A DNA stretch of 64,000 nt, from NCBI GenBank assembly GCA_046563655.1, contig CM102290.1, positions 7,440,001 through 7,504,000 of the forward strand, written 5' to 3'. This stretch comes from Yuukianura sp. NJ FZ-2021. Its lineage: Eukaryota. Below are positions 11,986 through 24,500 of this stretch, one piece after another (positions within the stretch are counted from its first letter, which is position 1; each line of letters starts with the position of its first letter). A program made the translations under genes and the position numbers. The notes beneath the pieces were generated by a model. It made no database searches. It was not told where the DNA came from and was given only the letters and a program-made list of their open reading frames with translations.

Positions 11986-12357
11986 GGTTAGGTTAGGTTA
12001 AAAGTTGAATTTCTGCTGAATTTTTCATAGTGGAAAATAGATTTTCCAGTAGAAAATAGATAGTTCTCCCCTCATAGTTCTCGCTACGAGTCCGAGACAC
12101 GAACTGTCCGAGATACATGCATCCCCACCGCTAACCGCTCTGACAACCGATATGGGCAATCTACAATTTTAAGTCAATTACATTGTAAACATCCAAGATT
12201 TATAAGTGATACAACTTTACTCTTTAGAAGTTAAAGCGTTTACATAAATTCAAAAGGTCGGCCAAGACAACAGTAATTTTGTAATATGAATGATCAGCGA
12301 GAATGAAATTGTCCTACTTCATTAAAAATAAACATGTAATACGAGTTTATAAACAAC

Positions 12358-13477
12358 CTATCTTTTTCGGGGTTTAGGGTCTGCTGCAGCAGCATTCGCC
12401 CTAAGAATTGCTCCAGGATTCGGATACGGACGACTCTGGAAAAGGGGCCCACTTGCTGTAACGTCTGCCCCAGTTTTTCCGTCGACTTCGGACTTTTCTA
12501 GTCCAGAACTCCAGTCTCCCCTGTTCAATATTGAAAAGCATTTACCTAGGTCATTCGGGATTGCTCGGAAAACTAGAAAAACAAGTGTTGATGATAATTG
12601 ATATTGTGTACCTTGGAACGTCGGAGTATGCAGCAGGATCCATTGGATCCAAGTCATCGGCTTGTTTTCGTTTTCCACCTCTCTCCCTCTCCCGATTTTT
12701 TCTTCGTTCCGCTTGCTTCCCACCTTTGAACAATCCCGGCGGCGGAGGTACTTCTGCTGCTGTCCCCAGTTCCAAAAACTTCGCCCTCAGTTCTGCCGCT
12801 GGACGTGTGATGACTGCCTTGGGGTGTGTTGGGGAAACCCAAGAGACGGCATCCGTCTTCAGATTCCAGTAGTAATGCCTACCACTATATTGTAAAGCCA
12901 GAGTTAATGCTTTGTCAAAACGATTTAATAATAATATGTACTGAAATTGAAAATGTCAACACCAACCACCCAGCATCATAGACTTCTTGCCATCCCGGCG
13001 GCAAAGGGTATTTTTTCAACATTTTCGTACGGTACTGGTTGTAACGGGATCCAGCAGAGGGGCGACCTTTTCCCCACCGAGTGATGCAGTACTGGCAGCA
13101 TGTATGATATAAATTGTATTTGTTTGGGCAGCCCGCATGACCCAGCCGGAGGAATTTGCTGATCTTCGATGCTGGAGCCTTAATTACATCGTCATCGTCA
13201 TAACTTTCTGCAATTACTTCTTCGACGTAACCTAAACAAAAAAATAGCAGACGTGATCTTCAGTCACTGAAGTTCAGTGTGGTCCAGCAGAAAAAAAACT
13301 GCAAACGCATGACCTCTCAACTTTGTGGAAGATTTTGTCCGTATTACCTTGCGGAAATGCAGAAGATGGAGGGAGGATGGTTTGTCGACTGGAGTTGCCA
13401 GTTGGACCACTGCGATGTTTCTGTTGCAGAAGGCCGCGTTTCGCCAGTTTGGCGGCCAATGCTGCTGGCAGCGGCAT
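12358..13477 (-). CDS. PQBP1: Polyglutamine-binding protein 1 (WW domain; spliceosome-associated); exons 13477-13348, 13231-12970, 12884-12612, 12520-12358
   Basis: [28 protein letters not shown] domain [52 protein letters not shown] and [28 protein letters not shown]. Confidence 0.93.
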
Positions 13478-14210
13478 CCTCACTATTGTTAGTCCTGACT
13501 TTTAAATAAACCAATACCAAAGAAAGCTGGCTTAGTGCCTGTAAACAAAAACAAAAGTGTGTTAATTGAGAGACAAATTAATTGGAAACTACAGTTAATT
13601 AAATCCTATTGATAATGTTTCCGACACTACCGTAATTACTGTACTGTTTACTGTTACTTGTTGCTTGGCAGAAACCTCAAGGTCGCTAGTTTATATTTTG
13701 TAGTTCTCTCTCCCTTTTACGGAACATAAACAATCGTAAACTAAAAGGTTAGGTTAGGTTAACCTTGCAAAAATATTCGTAAAATCATAGTAAACTCGAT
13801 TTTGTAGCCGTACAAAAGTTGTTAAAAATTTGAATTTGAGATAAAAGATATGTCGCGCCTACCTAATATAAAAAACTGGTCTGACACCGGGGTACTCCAC
13901 ACACACACTTTCTTTTCAATTTAGCTGTACTTTTACATTTTTCGGTCGAAAAATCAACCAGGTCAACTAAGGTCAAAGGCAGACTTGAGTCGACGACCTG
14001 CTTCGGTATGCTAATTGCTAAGCTGGACTACTATGTACTATATTTGTTAATCCTAGTAAACACACGTAGGAGGGAGCGTAGTCAATCCGTCGATTCTGAC
14101 ATTCCCAATTTTCGGATTTTGTTTTTATTTTCATAAGGTTTCCCTAAAATTTTACAAACAAATATTTAATATGATGAAGTTAAAGGTTTTATCGAAACGT
14201 CCTCGTAACC

Positions 14211-15457
14211 TTATTGAAAACCAGATAGGTTTGGAGATGTCATCGATAACTTCTCGCTCAAATGAATTTGAACACGAGTAAGTTCCGAAAGGTAAGTCGA
14301 CATTAGTAGGTCCTAATAAACAAACCATAAACACCGCGATTAACGATTGACATCATTAAAAAATAATCTCGGTTTTTTAAAGCTACCTTGATGTTGGAAT
14401 TCAGCATCCCATCCATATCCGATGATGTCATTTTCGGTACTGCTTGCACGACTTTCAAGAGACTCCTGCCGATAGTATTATCCGGAGTAATTTTATCCGT
14501 AATGACGTTCTCAACGTAGTCCAATACGGTCGTCAGCATGTTGTCCAAGTCCACCGTACTTTCAACAACTTGAGGTAATTCCCCCAATGGCTCGACCTTC
14601 CCTTGCAAACTACGTGCCCTCAGCAGAGTTTTCACTAAGAATGAAAAGTAGCCCGATAAGTCAGGCTTTCTTGACACGCAAATGTGTAAAAATGAACAGA
14701 TTTGAACTAAAAGACTTACTAGCGACGGCTTCTGGCGGATACTGAGTGATTTCCACAGGGACTGGACTAAACATGGCTCCTTGTGATCCATCCGGCACGC
14801 CAATGTCAACCCTTACGGAAGAAAAAACAATCATTGAGAAAACCTCAAAATGTTTACCTTATAACGTGTATTGAGCAATATGTAATTGACGGGAATACTT
14901 ACTGAACAAATGCTTTGATGTTCATCCGACCAGTTTTCATTGTTGTGTCAACAAGTAGTTGAATCGGATTCATGCATTGACGACCATAATAGTCATTGAT
15001 CGGAACAGCAATGCTGGAGACCTCGTACCCAGTAATCCACCATCCCACGATCACTTCCGACGGATGAACTTGTTTGTTGAGTTTATACATGACGTCAGCT
15101 AAGTGCATTTCAATACAAACCTAAGGGAATCAACTAAGTTGAATCATTTCATCATTTCAAGACGTGTTACAAATTCTATGACGCTATGAAGCTTGATTTA
15201 CCGTTCCATCAGTTGCACTTATACTGTGTGGCACTACAAAGCAATTGGTAACTTCCACGGTGTTGTTGTCAATGGAACCTGTCAAAGAATGTCAAGTCAT
15301 GAGTTTAGTTTTCATCGCCGTTGTGAAATTAAATGACAGAATGAGATTACTTACCAAGAAGTGTACCAAGGATTGAAGTTCTATCCATATTTCGTCGTTC
15401 GTACGCATTCACAATTTGGAACAGAACAGTTGGATGAACTTTGACTACCTGAGCCAT
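14211..15457 (-). CDS. eIF3f: Eukaryotic translation initiation factor 3 subunit F (MPN domain), 6 exons
   Basis: [22 protein letters not shown]...[38 protein letters not shown] and [29 protein letters not shown]. Stop at 14213-14211. Confidence 0.92.
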
Positions 15458-16283
15458 CTTGACACAATCTGTTTTTCCGTGACCCCTTCTTGTAACTAAA
15501 TCAAAGTAATCCGCAGATCTGTGACGAAAGAGACAATAATTTGTGTTTGCTTTGCACAAATCTTTCTCCGGCAACACTTATTAGCAGTGATGATAGAAAG
15601 GACCGCGGTTTTTAAGCTCTGTAAAACTTCAACCCGTCAGGTTAAAAAAAATACCTGCAAAATCTGGAATTCAATTAAAATTTTGAAGTTAGGTATGAAA
15701 AAGACTTGGAAATGTTTTCAAGCAAGGCGCGGCAGGCGGTAAGTGACAGTAGATGGAGCCGCTCTTCGTTCCCTCTTCATTCAGAATCAAAAATTCTCAG
15801 CATAGGAAGAAGCGTCGGCACTTTATGTTCACATGAGACATGAGACATGAGTTCATTAATGAACACAGTACAAACAATTATTTCCATTGAAATGAATTAA
15901 AGTAACTGATATGTGTTAACTGACAATTAAATACTACAAACAGAGTTAACACAACACATGTTAAAATACAACGGGGATAACAACAGAAGCTTGAAAATCC
16001 CGATCTCTGGCGAAGTAGTCCATTGTCCTGTGCCTCTTGGAACTCTTGGTTACGGTCCTAACCTTGGACCCCGCAGTAATTCAAAAAACTGAAAATAGTA
16101 CGAACACAATTTTAATTTACTTTTGCTTCACCCTTTTCTTTTTTTCAGTAGTTAATCGATTTCGGTAAATTATTTTGACACGCTGTTTTGTAGTGCTAAC
16201 GTTTAAGTTTTTATTTTGAACAACATGTACTAAATAAAAGCGGGAAACTCTTGCAGACAGAAATCTAAAAAACAAAGTTTTTA

Positions 16284-17524
16284 CAGTCTACCAAAGTCTC
16301 CAATGGCAGAGTCCCAGTCGCCTCCTGTAGCGACCTCCTGGTCGCTACAGGAGGCGGCTCTGTCTCTCCTCCAAGCGACCCGTTCCAGAGCCCTCTTGTT
16401 GCAGCTTCTGGAAGAGCAGCCGGGTCGCAACCAGCGGCGGTCTCAGAAGTTGGTCTTTGCAGTGTTGCCTATAATTCCCATGTATTTTCATGAGTTCAGC
16501 CTAGCGTAGCACTGTGGCTAATTTTGTTTAATGTTTCAACTGCAAGTTTTCGAATTGTGTTGTAAACCTAAGTGTATGATATACGAAAAGAAACTTGTCG
16601 CTTTAATGAATCTTAACATTTTTGTTTTTGACTCTTTTTTTTTAGAAATTCTTTCAGAACCGTGCTCAGAATATTCAAATTAGCCTACAAACCGATTTTC
16701 ATAGATAGCGGAGAAAAATATTTTTATTTCGAAGTTTTGAGGAAACAAAAAAAAAATTTTACTTGATTTTTTTTTAAATTAAGTTTTGTTTTGGTAAAAC
16801 AGTTTCTGAAAAAAAAATCCTTTTTTTTTACTATCAGGTTTGCATAGGGTCTTCACAGAAAAGTTTCGTAATTTCAAAAATATTTTCCAAAGGGTAATCA
16901 ATGGGTAGGTAACTAACGCGCAAAGATTTTAATTATAATAATACTAAATTAAATGATGAATGACTGAACTAACTGTACTTGAAATTAGAGTACATTTGAC
17001 AATCAATATTGAAATTGTATCCAATGTGCAATTTCATTGATTTTCAATGCATCTCGGATGGATACAGTGTTGCCGCTTTTCGGAAAAATTTGTGCGGGTG
17101 GGTCGCAGTCTGTGGAGACCCGGGCTCCCGTCATGCGACTTTGTCAATTGGACTACAATTTTTTTAAAATATTTTTGATTAATGCTTAAATATTTCTGAA
17201 ACTAATTATTGTTTTAAAAACTAGACAAAATTTGGCATCGACTGACAGCAAATTCACGAAAAAAAACTTTTTCCTAACACTAACCAACGATGCAAAGTTG
17301 CGAAATTACGTTTTCTATCGATCAAAAGAAAGAAAACAACACTTTCTCGGTGGGAAGTCCGTCCCCAAACCCGAAAAACTAAAATAGTCGCTACGAGCAG
17401 AGGCTGGGTCGCCTGAAACTGCGACCCACCCACAGGAGTCGCTAGAGGAGGAGACCCTTTCACAGAGTGTTGCGACTTTTCAGCTAGAAACTGGGTCGCA
17501 ACCTGTGGCGACTTTGGTAGGCTG
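16284..17524. mobile_element. Non-autonomous TIR DNA transposon (~1.24 kb)
   Basis: Ends CAGTCTACCAAAGTCTCCA / TGGCGACTTTGGTAGGCTG (2 mismatches in 19 bp). TTTTA is duplicated on both flanks (16279-16283, 17525-17529). GC-rich subterminal GTCGC/GCGAC motif arrays at both ends. Confidence 0.78.
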
Positions 17525-17853
17525 TTTTATATTTAAATTCTTCCTTTGGGGATTTATGAAACAATTTGAAGTTGAACTGTCAATCTTAATTGAATGAGAC
17601 GAAAGTTCACCGATCTGCAGACAGGTGAGGTCACAATTTTATGGCTTAGCAACTACCATACCGGTTGCAACTACGGTAGTGGGTGGATTCAACGTTTGAA
17701 GTAAACTGTCGTCGCTATAGTTCTCTCCATCGTTCAAACGAACGTGTCAAATCGAATATTAGAGGTTTCGTTATTTCTGAGTTCTCGATTTGGAATACGG
17801 ATTTCGGATCCTTTGCAGTTTCTCTCAATTTATGCCAACAGGTAAGTTAGGTC

Positions 17854-18009
17854 GGTTGGAGTCTAGTTTTGTAGTCTCTTTTTCTTTTAATCCCTGAGTT
17901 AGGTTAGGTTTGGTGTTGAAGGAGCATAGTGCGTCGTGCACTGTGTCCTGATTTCATAACCTAACTCATGGACTGAATGAAAAACAGACTACAAAACTAG
18001 ACTCCAACC
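17854..18009. mobile_element. 156-bp fold-back MITE in the porcupine 5' intron
   Basis: Perfect 24-bp TIR GGTTGGAGTCTAGTTTTGTAGTCT / AGACTACAAAACTAGACTCCAACC, an 8-bp direct repeat GTTAGGTC on both sides (17846-17853, 18010-18017), and further internal pairing. Confidence 0.88.
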
Positions 18010-18089
18010 GTTAGGTCTACGGGTCATAACTTGGGCTTTTCTTTTACAACATTTTGTATTTTAGGCAGAGTCCAAAGGTCAAGAACAAC

Positions 18090-19949
18090 ATGGATGACAT
18101 GCTGGATGTAATGGACGGGGATGATGATACCCCATGGGAGCTAGTACTTTTCGAAGTATTCGAGCACTGTGTAATTCCCGTACTGCAACAAATTCTCCAC
18201 CGTTTGTTGCCTGTTTTATGTGTGACATTCTTCGTCGGAGAGCTATTACAACAAGGTACGTAAAATAAAATCCTGAGGTCAGGTTTGTGTGGCAAAATAT
18301 TAGGGACATGTTGATTGATTGATTGTTACCGTTTCTTCATTCTTACACAGGGTACACGGGAAAAGCAGCGAACATTATTTGCCTTGTTTCTGGGCTAATA
18401 GTTCTTAGAAGTTTTGTTGACGAACGAGAAGCCCTAGTCTTTGTTATTTTTACAGCGACGACGTACTTTTGGATCTATTTATCGGTCATGTATCGTAGAA
18501 GGACGTGCTACTCCTGCTGTTTTGCGATCTCAATACTTTACCTCATCGTCCGGTACATAAATTATTTCCGTTCGTATTTAACTTTTGGTGAATATATTAT
18601 GATCTAAAAATATTTTTACTTATAAACTTTAGTGAACACTATCCACTATTTGGGTATTCGCAATGGTCCGAAGCTCGGGGGATTACAATGATCGCTCTAA
18701 TGAAGACAATGTCCTTGATCTATGAGCTTACTGGCAACGAGCGCCTGGTAGTTCCAAATGTTGATGAGTACTTTGGATACATTTGGTTTCCTGGCTCACT
18801 TCCGTTTGGGCCGTGGGTCAGTTTCGCCGAACATTCCACTATCCTGGATCACACTGGTTGGCAAAAGGTCAGTTATAGTAACTACCATTAGTTTGGTTAG
18901 TACGTTTCAAAGAAGAAAGATTGTGGCCCAGCGTTACCTCTCTCTCTAACTTATCAGTGTTAAACTTAGTGTCATTTGCAGAACTACTTTCGCTGGTCAA
19001 TATCGATGTGGTGGAAGCTGATGTCTGCCGTTTGTTGTCTTCTGATGAGTACCTGTGGGTTCCATTATATTCGCCAATTTATGGAAATCGAATCAATGTT
19101 AGTTCTGGTTAACCCTAGTTATCTCTTAATCGAAAATTGTACATAATAAGAGTCTGCTATTTTCTTCGAAAATTCTACAGATATGGCGCACTATACTTCG
19201 ACGCGATCACAACACGGTTCAGCCACTACTTTATTTGCCACCTCTCTGAAGCTGTTTACATGCTTTGTGGGCCGCGTACTTCAGAATCATGTCTATCTTC
19301 GCCGGTAGTTTCTCCTATGCATATCGAATTCCCACGGTCTCTGGTGGACGTTGTCGTCCATTGGAATATCCCGATGCACCGTTGGCTGAAACGACGTAAG
19401 TGCACAACACAGTTAAACTTTTTTTTTTCTGAACAGAAATTAACTTTTATCTCTTGCACCACAGATATCTATATCCCACTAAGGGCTGAAGGAGTGGGAA
19501 CCACAATCGCTGCCATTGCGACATTTCTAGTTAGCGCAATGCTTCATGGTCTCAGTATTCACTTGACTGCCGTATTGGTTTCAATTGCAATTTTCAGTTA
19601 CATCGAGTACAGTTTTCGAGAACTATTGACTACGCTATTCGACTCGTGTGTTCGGGTTCGACCGTGCGTTGGCTGTGATCATAAGTACCGGTCTTCTCAA
19701 CTCCTTGTTCAATTGTCGAATTTTGGACTATATTTGCTGGCTATGTTCAATCTGGCTTATCTCGGTGCTCTGCTGGACGAAGGGCAAACTTCAAAAAATG
19801 CTGAGGTTTTCAGTCTTACTGATCTTACAAACCAATTTGAACGTTGGGAAGAAGCCGAATTTACGAGTCACAGAATAATGCTGGGATTGTTCTTGTTTAC
19901 GGTTCTTACTCGGAGCCTTCTTCTAGCCGTCGACTCTTCCAGAACGTAA
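18090..19949 (+). CDS. PORCN: Porcupine, Wnt O-palmitoleoyltransferase (MBOAT family), multi-exon
   Basis: MIALMKTMSL, YFGYIWFPGSLPFGPWVSF, RFSHYFICHLSE, EFPRSLVDVVVHWNIPMHRWLK, FLVSAMLHGLSIHLTAVLVSI (catalytic His), C..C.H.Y and FNLAYLG. Confidence 0.92.
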
Positions 19950-21577
19950 AATTGTGCATCACCGTCAGTATTGAAATCAAAAATTTTATTCGAGTCTCAA
20001 AGAAAGTATTCACTTCTTGTTCTCATCAATCAGTTTACTAAACTTACATAAATTACTACGAATTCTCAATAAGTTGTGATTGTTCCAAATATTTTGGATA
20101 TTTTACTATAGCTTTATTTTCCAGATTCACATGTTCTTACAAATTCTCAATTCATTTCAATTTGTTTAAAGTATTCCGCTCAAGTAGACACTTTTTACGA
20201 GTTGTGCAACTTAAAAAAACGCATGTCTTTTTAAACATGCAGTTATTCTAAACCTAACTAAGTTTTTAAATTATTGTAGTTATTGCATAATGTTCCTAAA
20301 CAAAGACAAATTGTTTGTGTGAGTCTCTGTATCTAATCCTCAAGCTCCTTCCGTCCACTTTGTTCTATGAATTACTGTATTACTAACTTAACTGTTGAGA
20401 TTATTTATTACTGCCTTAACATAATATAATTTGTAAATAAATTAACGTAATGGTTCAGCCCAGTTTAACTCTTTCCAAATGACTTTTGTTGCCCATTTTC
20501 AAACTTTTTCTGTACTGGCCATATTTTAGAATAGTTTATACTTTTTCATTTTTGACAAGTTTTTTTTAACTAGAGTTGCCTCATTATTGAAAGCATCCGA
20601 AATTCACCAAAACTAATTTTTGTTATAATTTTGTCAAATTTCATGACAAGTTTTGGAAAATTTGGAAATGTTTGAATTTACTTTATTTTCTAACAATTTA
20701 GGAATAGTAGTTGGCAACTCTTAAATTTTAACTTCTTTAGCTATAGCTTTTATTTTTTATCTAATACTTAAGGAAAAAATGTAAAAAATGAGAAACAAAG
20801 GGAAAGAAGACTTTTACATTGTTAAATTAAAGCTTTTTTAGTATTCCTTGGAGGTCACTTTGTGAAGGCCAGAACATTGTGCTCTTCGTCATTGTGCTTT
20901 TTAGTGAATCTAAACAGTATCATCAGTATATTGATGATGACTTTGATCAGTTTAGTTCCGTTCGTGGGTAAATTTTTGCTCGTTTTATAAGCTTAATCTG
21001 GAGCTTGTAAAACTGCGGACGGTTCTTAAGATTCTTTTGTGGCCAGCGAACGTGAAGGACAGGACAGAGGAAAGAAGGAGGAGGCAGCGATTGATCATGG
21101 TCAAGTCATAATTTCAAATTTAATTTTAAGACCATTTCAGTTCTGAGTTTTTGCAAATTAGGGGGCTTGAGGGTTATGGTTTTACTAAACTACGAGGATT
21201 GAGCTAGACAGTTTGACCTTTGACTTTAGTTTTGTGAAGTGTGTATTAATTGGGGTGGGTTTTGTAGGAACCTTGTATTTCAAGTCTTCAAGGCTAAAAA
21301 CCTTCCAGCTTATATCCTAACCTTAAATTCTAAACACTTAAGGTCTAAAATGTTAAGTACATCACATCACATTTTCAGCCAATTCCAAACTCCACCATTC
21401 TTCATCTTCACTAGGGGTTGTAGTTGTAAGGTGTCCAGCGTACTCGAGTGACACATTCTGTGACATTTGGACGGTAGATGACCTTTGACCTTTGACTTTG
21501 GATTGTTTCGTGACCTTGAGCAGGTTAGATTGACCTTCAACAAGTTAACAACGATCAGAAGTGATTTGAGAACAAAG

Positions 21578-24500
21578 CTAAAGTTCTCGAGACGTCAAGA
21601 GAGCTTCATCATCCACCGGATGGCTAGCGACACAGTCATAGTCATAAGTACAGCAAAGTTGTCCATCCTAAAAGAGGAAACATACTAATATGAGGTCATA
21701 GTTCATATTTTACTGCTAGCATTGGATCTATGCTCAAGATTTTGATTTTGATTTAAACACATTTAAAAAAATGTCTTTGAATATTTCTTGAGCAAAGATG
21801 CGGATTGAACAGATTTGATTTTCTTATGAATAAATTAGCCATTAAGACAAACAGGGCACAAAACATATTATAGGAGGTGCTTGGATCAGTAAATATGGGG
21901 AAAAAATCGAAAAGAAAAGAAAGCGTGAACTGCAAGCACAATGTTTTTCTAAAGATGGAATTAATTTCAGTTCTTCTGATTCACTTTTCATGCAAACATG
22001 CAACGATTCTGACACCAAGTACTTTGCGTTGTGAACATTAAGGTGAAAATGTCATGATCTAAATAATAAAACATTAAAATCCCAAATACGAATTTTTAAA
22101 GCGATGAAAATAATGAAATTTTCAATTTAATGAAATTCAGTTTTTAGTTTTAATTCCTTCTTTTGTTTTGAGTCTAGTACGTTAAGAATATTGTATGTTT
22201 GGGTATCTTCCGCTTGCATGGAATTTTACAAATCAAGTTGTGCGTTTACAGTTTCCGACTGACGTCAAGTATTCATTGAAACAAAAAAAAAGTTAATGAG
22301 TAAATTTCATTGTTTAAAAGGAACCAAATTACAGACATTTGGACAACTTGACTTGTAATTTTAAGCACAATTTGTTTGTCCTTGGTTGACATGATTTTGA
22401 ATTTGAATGGAAGCACTTTAGGTTATTTTTATTTAGCAAGAGCATGGATTTCGTGTCATGTTTCTGAAGGCGGCATTGGACACGCTATAGGTGGGGAAAG
22501 TAAGAGAAAGCAAAGCAGAAATAGACACATACCGAGTGTTTCAAGCCCCCTAGTAATTTTAATTAGATAATTTTCTAAATTTTACGAATTTTTAGTGCTT
22601 TCCCCCATCTCACAGCATTGGACCACCCACGCTTTAAAGGAATTTACTCCCCACCCAAGAGAAAATTTTTACGGGGGGTAATGGTGCACTCGGTAAGTGC
22701 ACTAAGAGAGTGAAAAGTGTCCACTGTTTACGTCAACTGACAACTCAAAATTTAGTCAGTTGACCAAAAATAAATCCAAAACGAACCAAAAATTATGAAA
22801 AGCGTCAGCAACTAAAATATAAAATCAAACAGTGAGTGTGATAAAAACAATTAATTTACCGAAGCACACAAATTCCTTCATTATAGCTCACCGATTTAGC
22901 GCAGAGCGGCACCTGTTAGGGTTAATAAGGTTTACAACAATTTGTTAATTTTTTGTAAATTACAACACAGTATCAAATAGTCAATCAAAATAAGTTTTGA
23001 AAAAAAAACTACTATTTTTTTTAAAAGGAGAAATATTAGCAGCCACAATTTTTGTTGAGGATATTCATGCATGTTTCAGTTAATTGAAAATGTTAAACAT
23101 TAGTTTCAAGCAGTTATGTACTGTTGGGTGTACTTTTTCAAATTTTTAAAAACTGAGTATCAGTTACTAAGAAAAATTGAAAAAAAAATTGGATTTGGAG
23201 GATGAAAATGACTTACGTGGCACTTGCAGGATATGCAGTGATTATGTGGCAGTGTGATTTGGGTCCCGGACTTAATTTTAGTTTCTAGAAGATTACATTC
23301 GTCGAGGTAGGAACTGTTTCGGTGCGTATGGGAACATTGGTCTTCGGGACAACGGTAACAACAGTCCCCAGGGGGCAGCACTGGGTTGGGACAGTTTAAT
23401 GGTGGGCAGTCCATTTTCCAACAGTCGATTTCTCCATTCAAGCACTCACAAGTCTCACATCGGAAGTGCCAAGTCTCTCCTATTTTTCAAATTGAAGGAG
23501 GTCATCAAAGGTCAAAGAGCTAACTTTCAGTTTTTGTCATTTCGAATTTTACCTGATTTGTAGGTCATCTCTGGATAGAGTTGATGTCGACAGGATTTGA
23601 GTGGAGGGGGCTGCGTGAGGTTCGCATTTGCGCAGGCGCTGCAGCACTGATGCGGACTTTCAACGCTGTTGGAGCCCTCAAGGGAGCAGAGATTGAGGCA
23701 AGTGACGTCAGACGGAGGGTGACAGGTCGTTGTACCCGGAGTCGTACAGGTACAGACGCTGCAGTCTTCACTGAACCAAGTTGAGCTCGGTGGATGTGAC
23801 TTCCCGCCTTCATAGCAACCTAAACGCATTCCAGCCCCATTCAAAGTCAGTTGCTGACGGTGTTAATCATCATCTACAGTTAAAAGTAATTAAGAACCTC
23901 ACCCCGTGAGCAGTCTTTGTTTGAGTCGAGGCAGTGGCATTCGTATGAGCCAATGGTGTTGAAGCATTTCATGCCGGGAATACTTCCGCAGACATGTTCC
24001 CTCTCGCACTCGTCTACATCTAGAATGGATAAGAGTTGTCAGTTTCCACTTAAGTCAGCACTGTTCAAATAGTGCTGAGGTTTGAGTACAAACGGAATGA
24101 AGGCTGGCGTGCTCTGATTGGCTCTTCACAAGTGGTGTGGCTCAACTTGTCGTTATTTATAGTTTGGAACCAGTGGAACTCTCGAGTCTGGCCGCCATTT
24201 GCCAAGAAATAGTGACAAGACAAGAAGAATGAGACTCACCTTGGCACCGAGCCGTTGCACCGTCAATGAGAGTAGCCTGGAACCCATCGTCACATTGACA
24301 GTGGAACCACCCCGGCTTGTTGACACAGGAGGCATGGGCTGGACACAGCGCCGAATTTGAAACGCTTGAATTCCTCCGTTCCTCAGCACACTCGTCAATG
24401 TCAGAGTCACAGTATTGACCTGTCCAACCTGCTCGACAGGAACAAACCCCTGGAGCGATACAAATTCCACCGTTTTCACAAGTCCGATTGCAAATCGCTG

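Larger units (their letters stand above)
11212..12076. mobile_element. Non-autonomous DNA transposon-like element (TA-flanked) containing internal repeats
   Basis: Perfect 12-bp inverted ends TATGAGGGGAGA (11212-11223) / TCTCCCCTCATA (12065-12076). Contains a ~31-bp tandem array, a ~177-bp direct repeat and a (TTAGG)3 run. No transposase ORF. Confidence 0.6.

Noticed and set aside
15780..16100. Possible small gene or ncRNA between eIF3f and the TIR element
   Set aside because: There is a minus-strand acceptor-like site near 16090, but all frames stop within ~13 codons and no RNA family signature was recognised.
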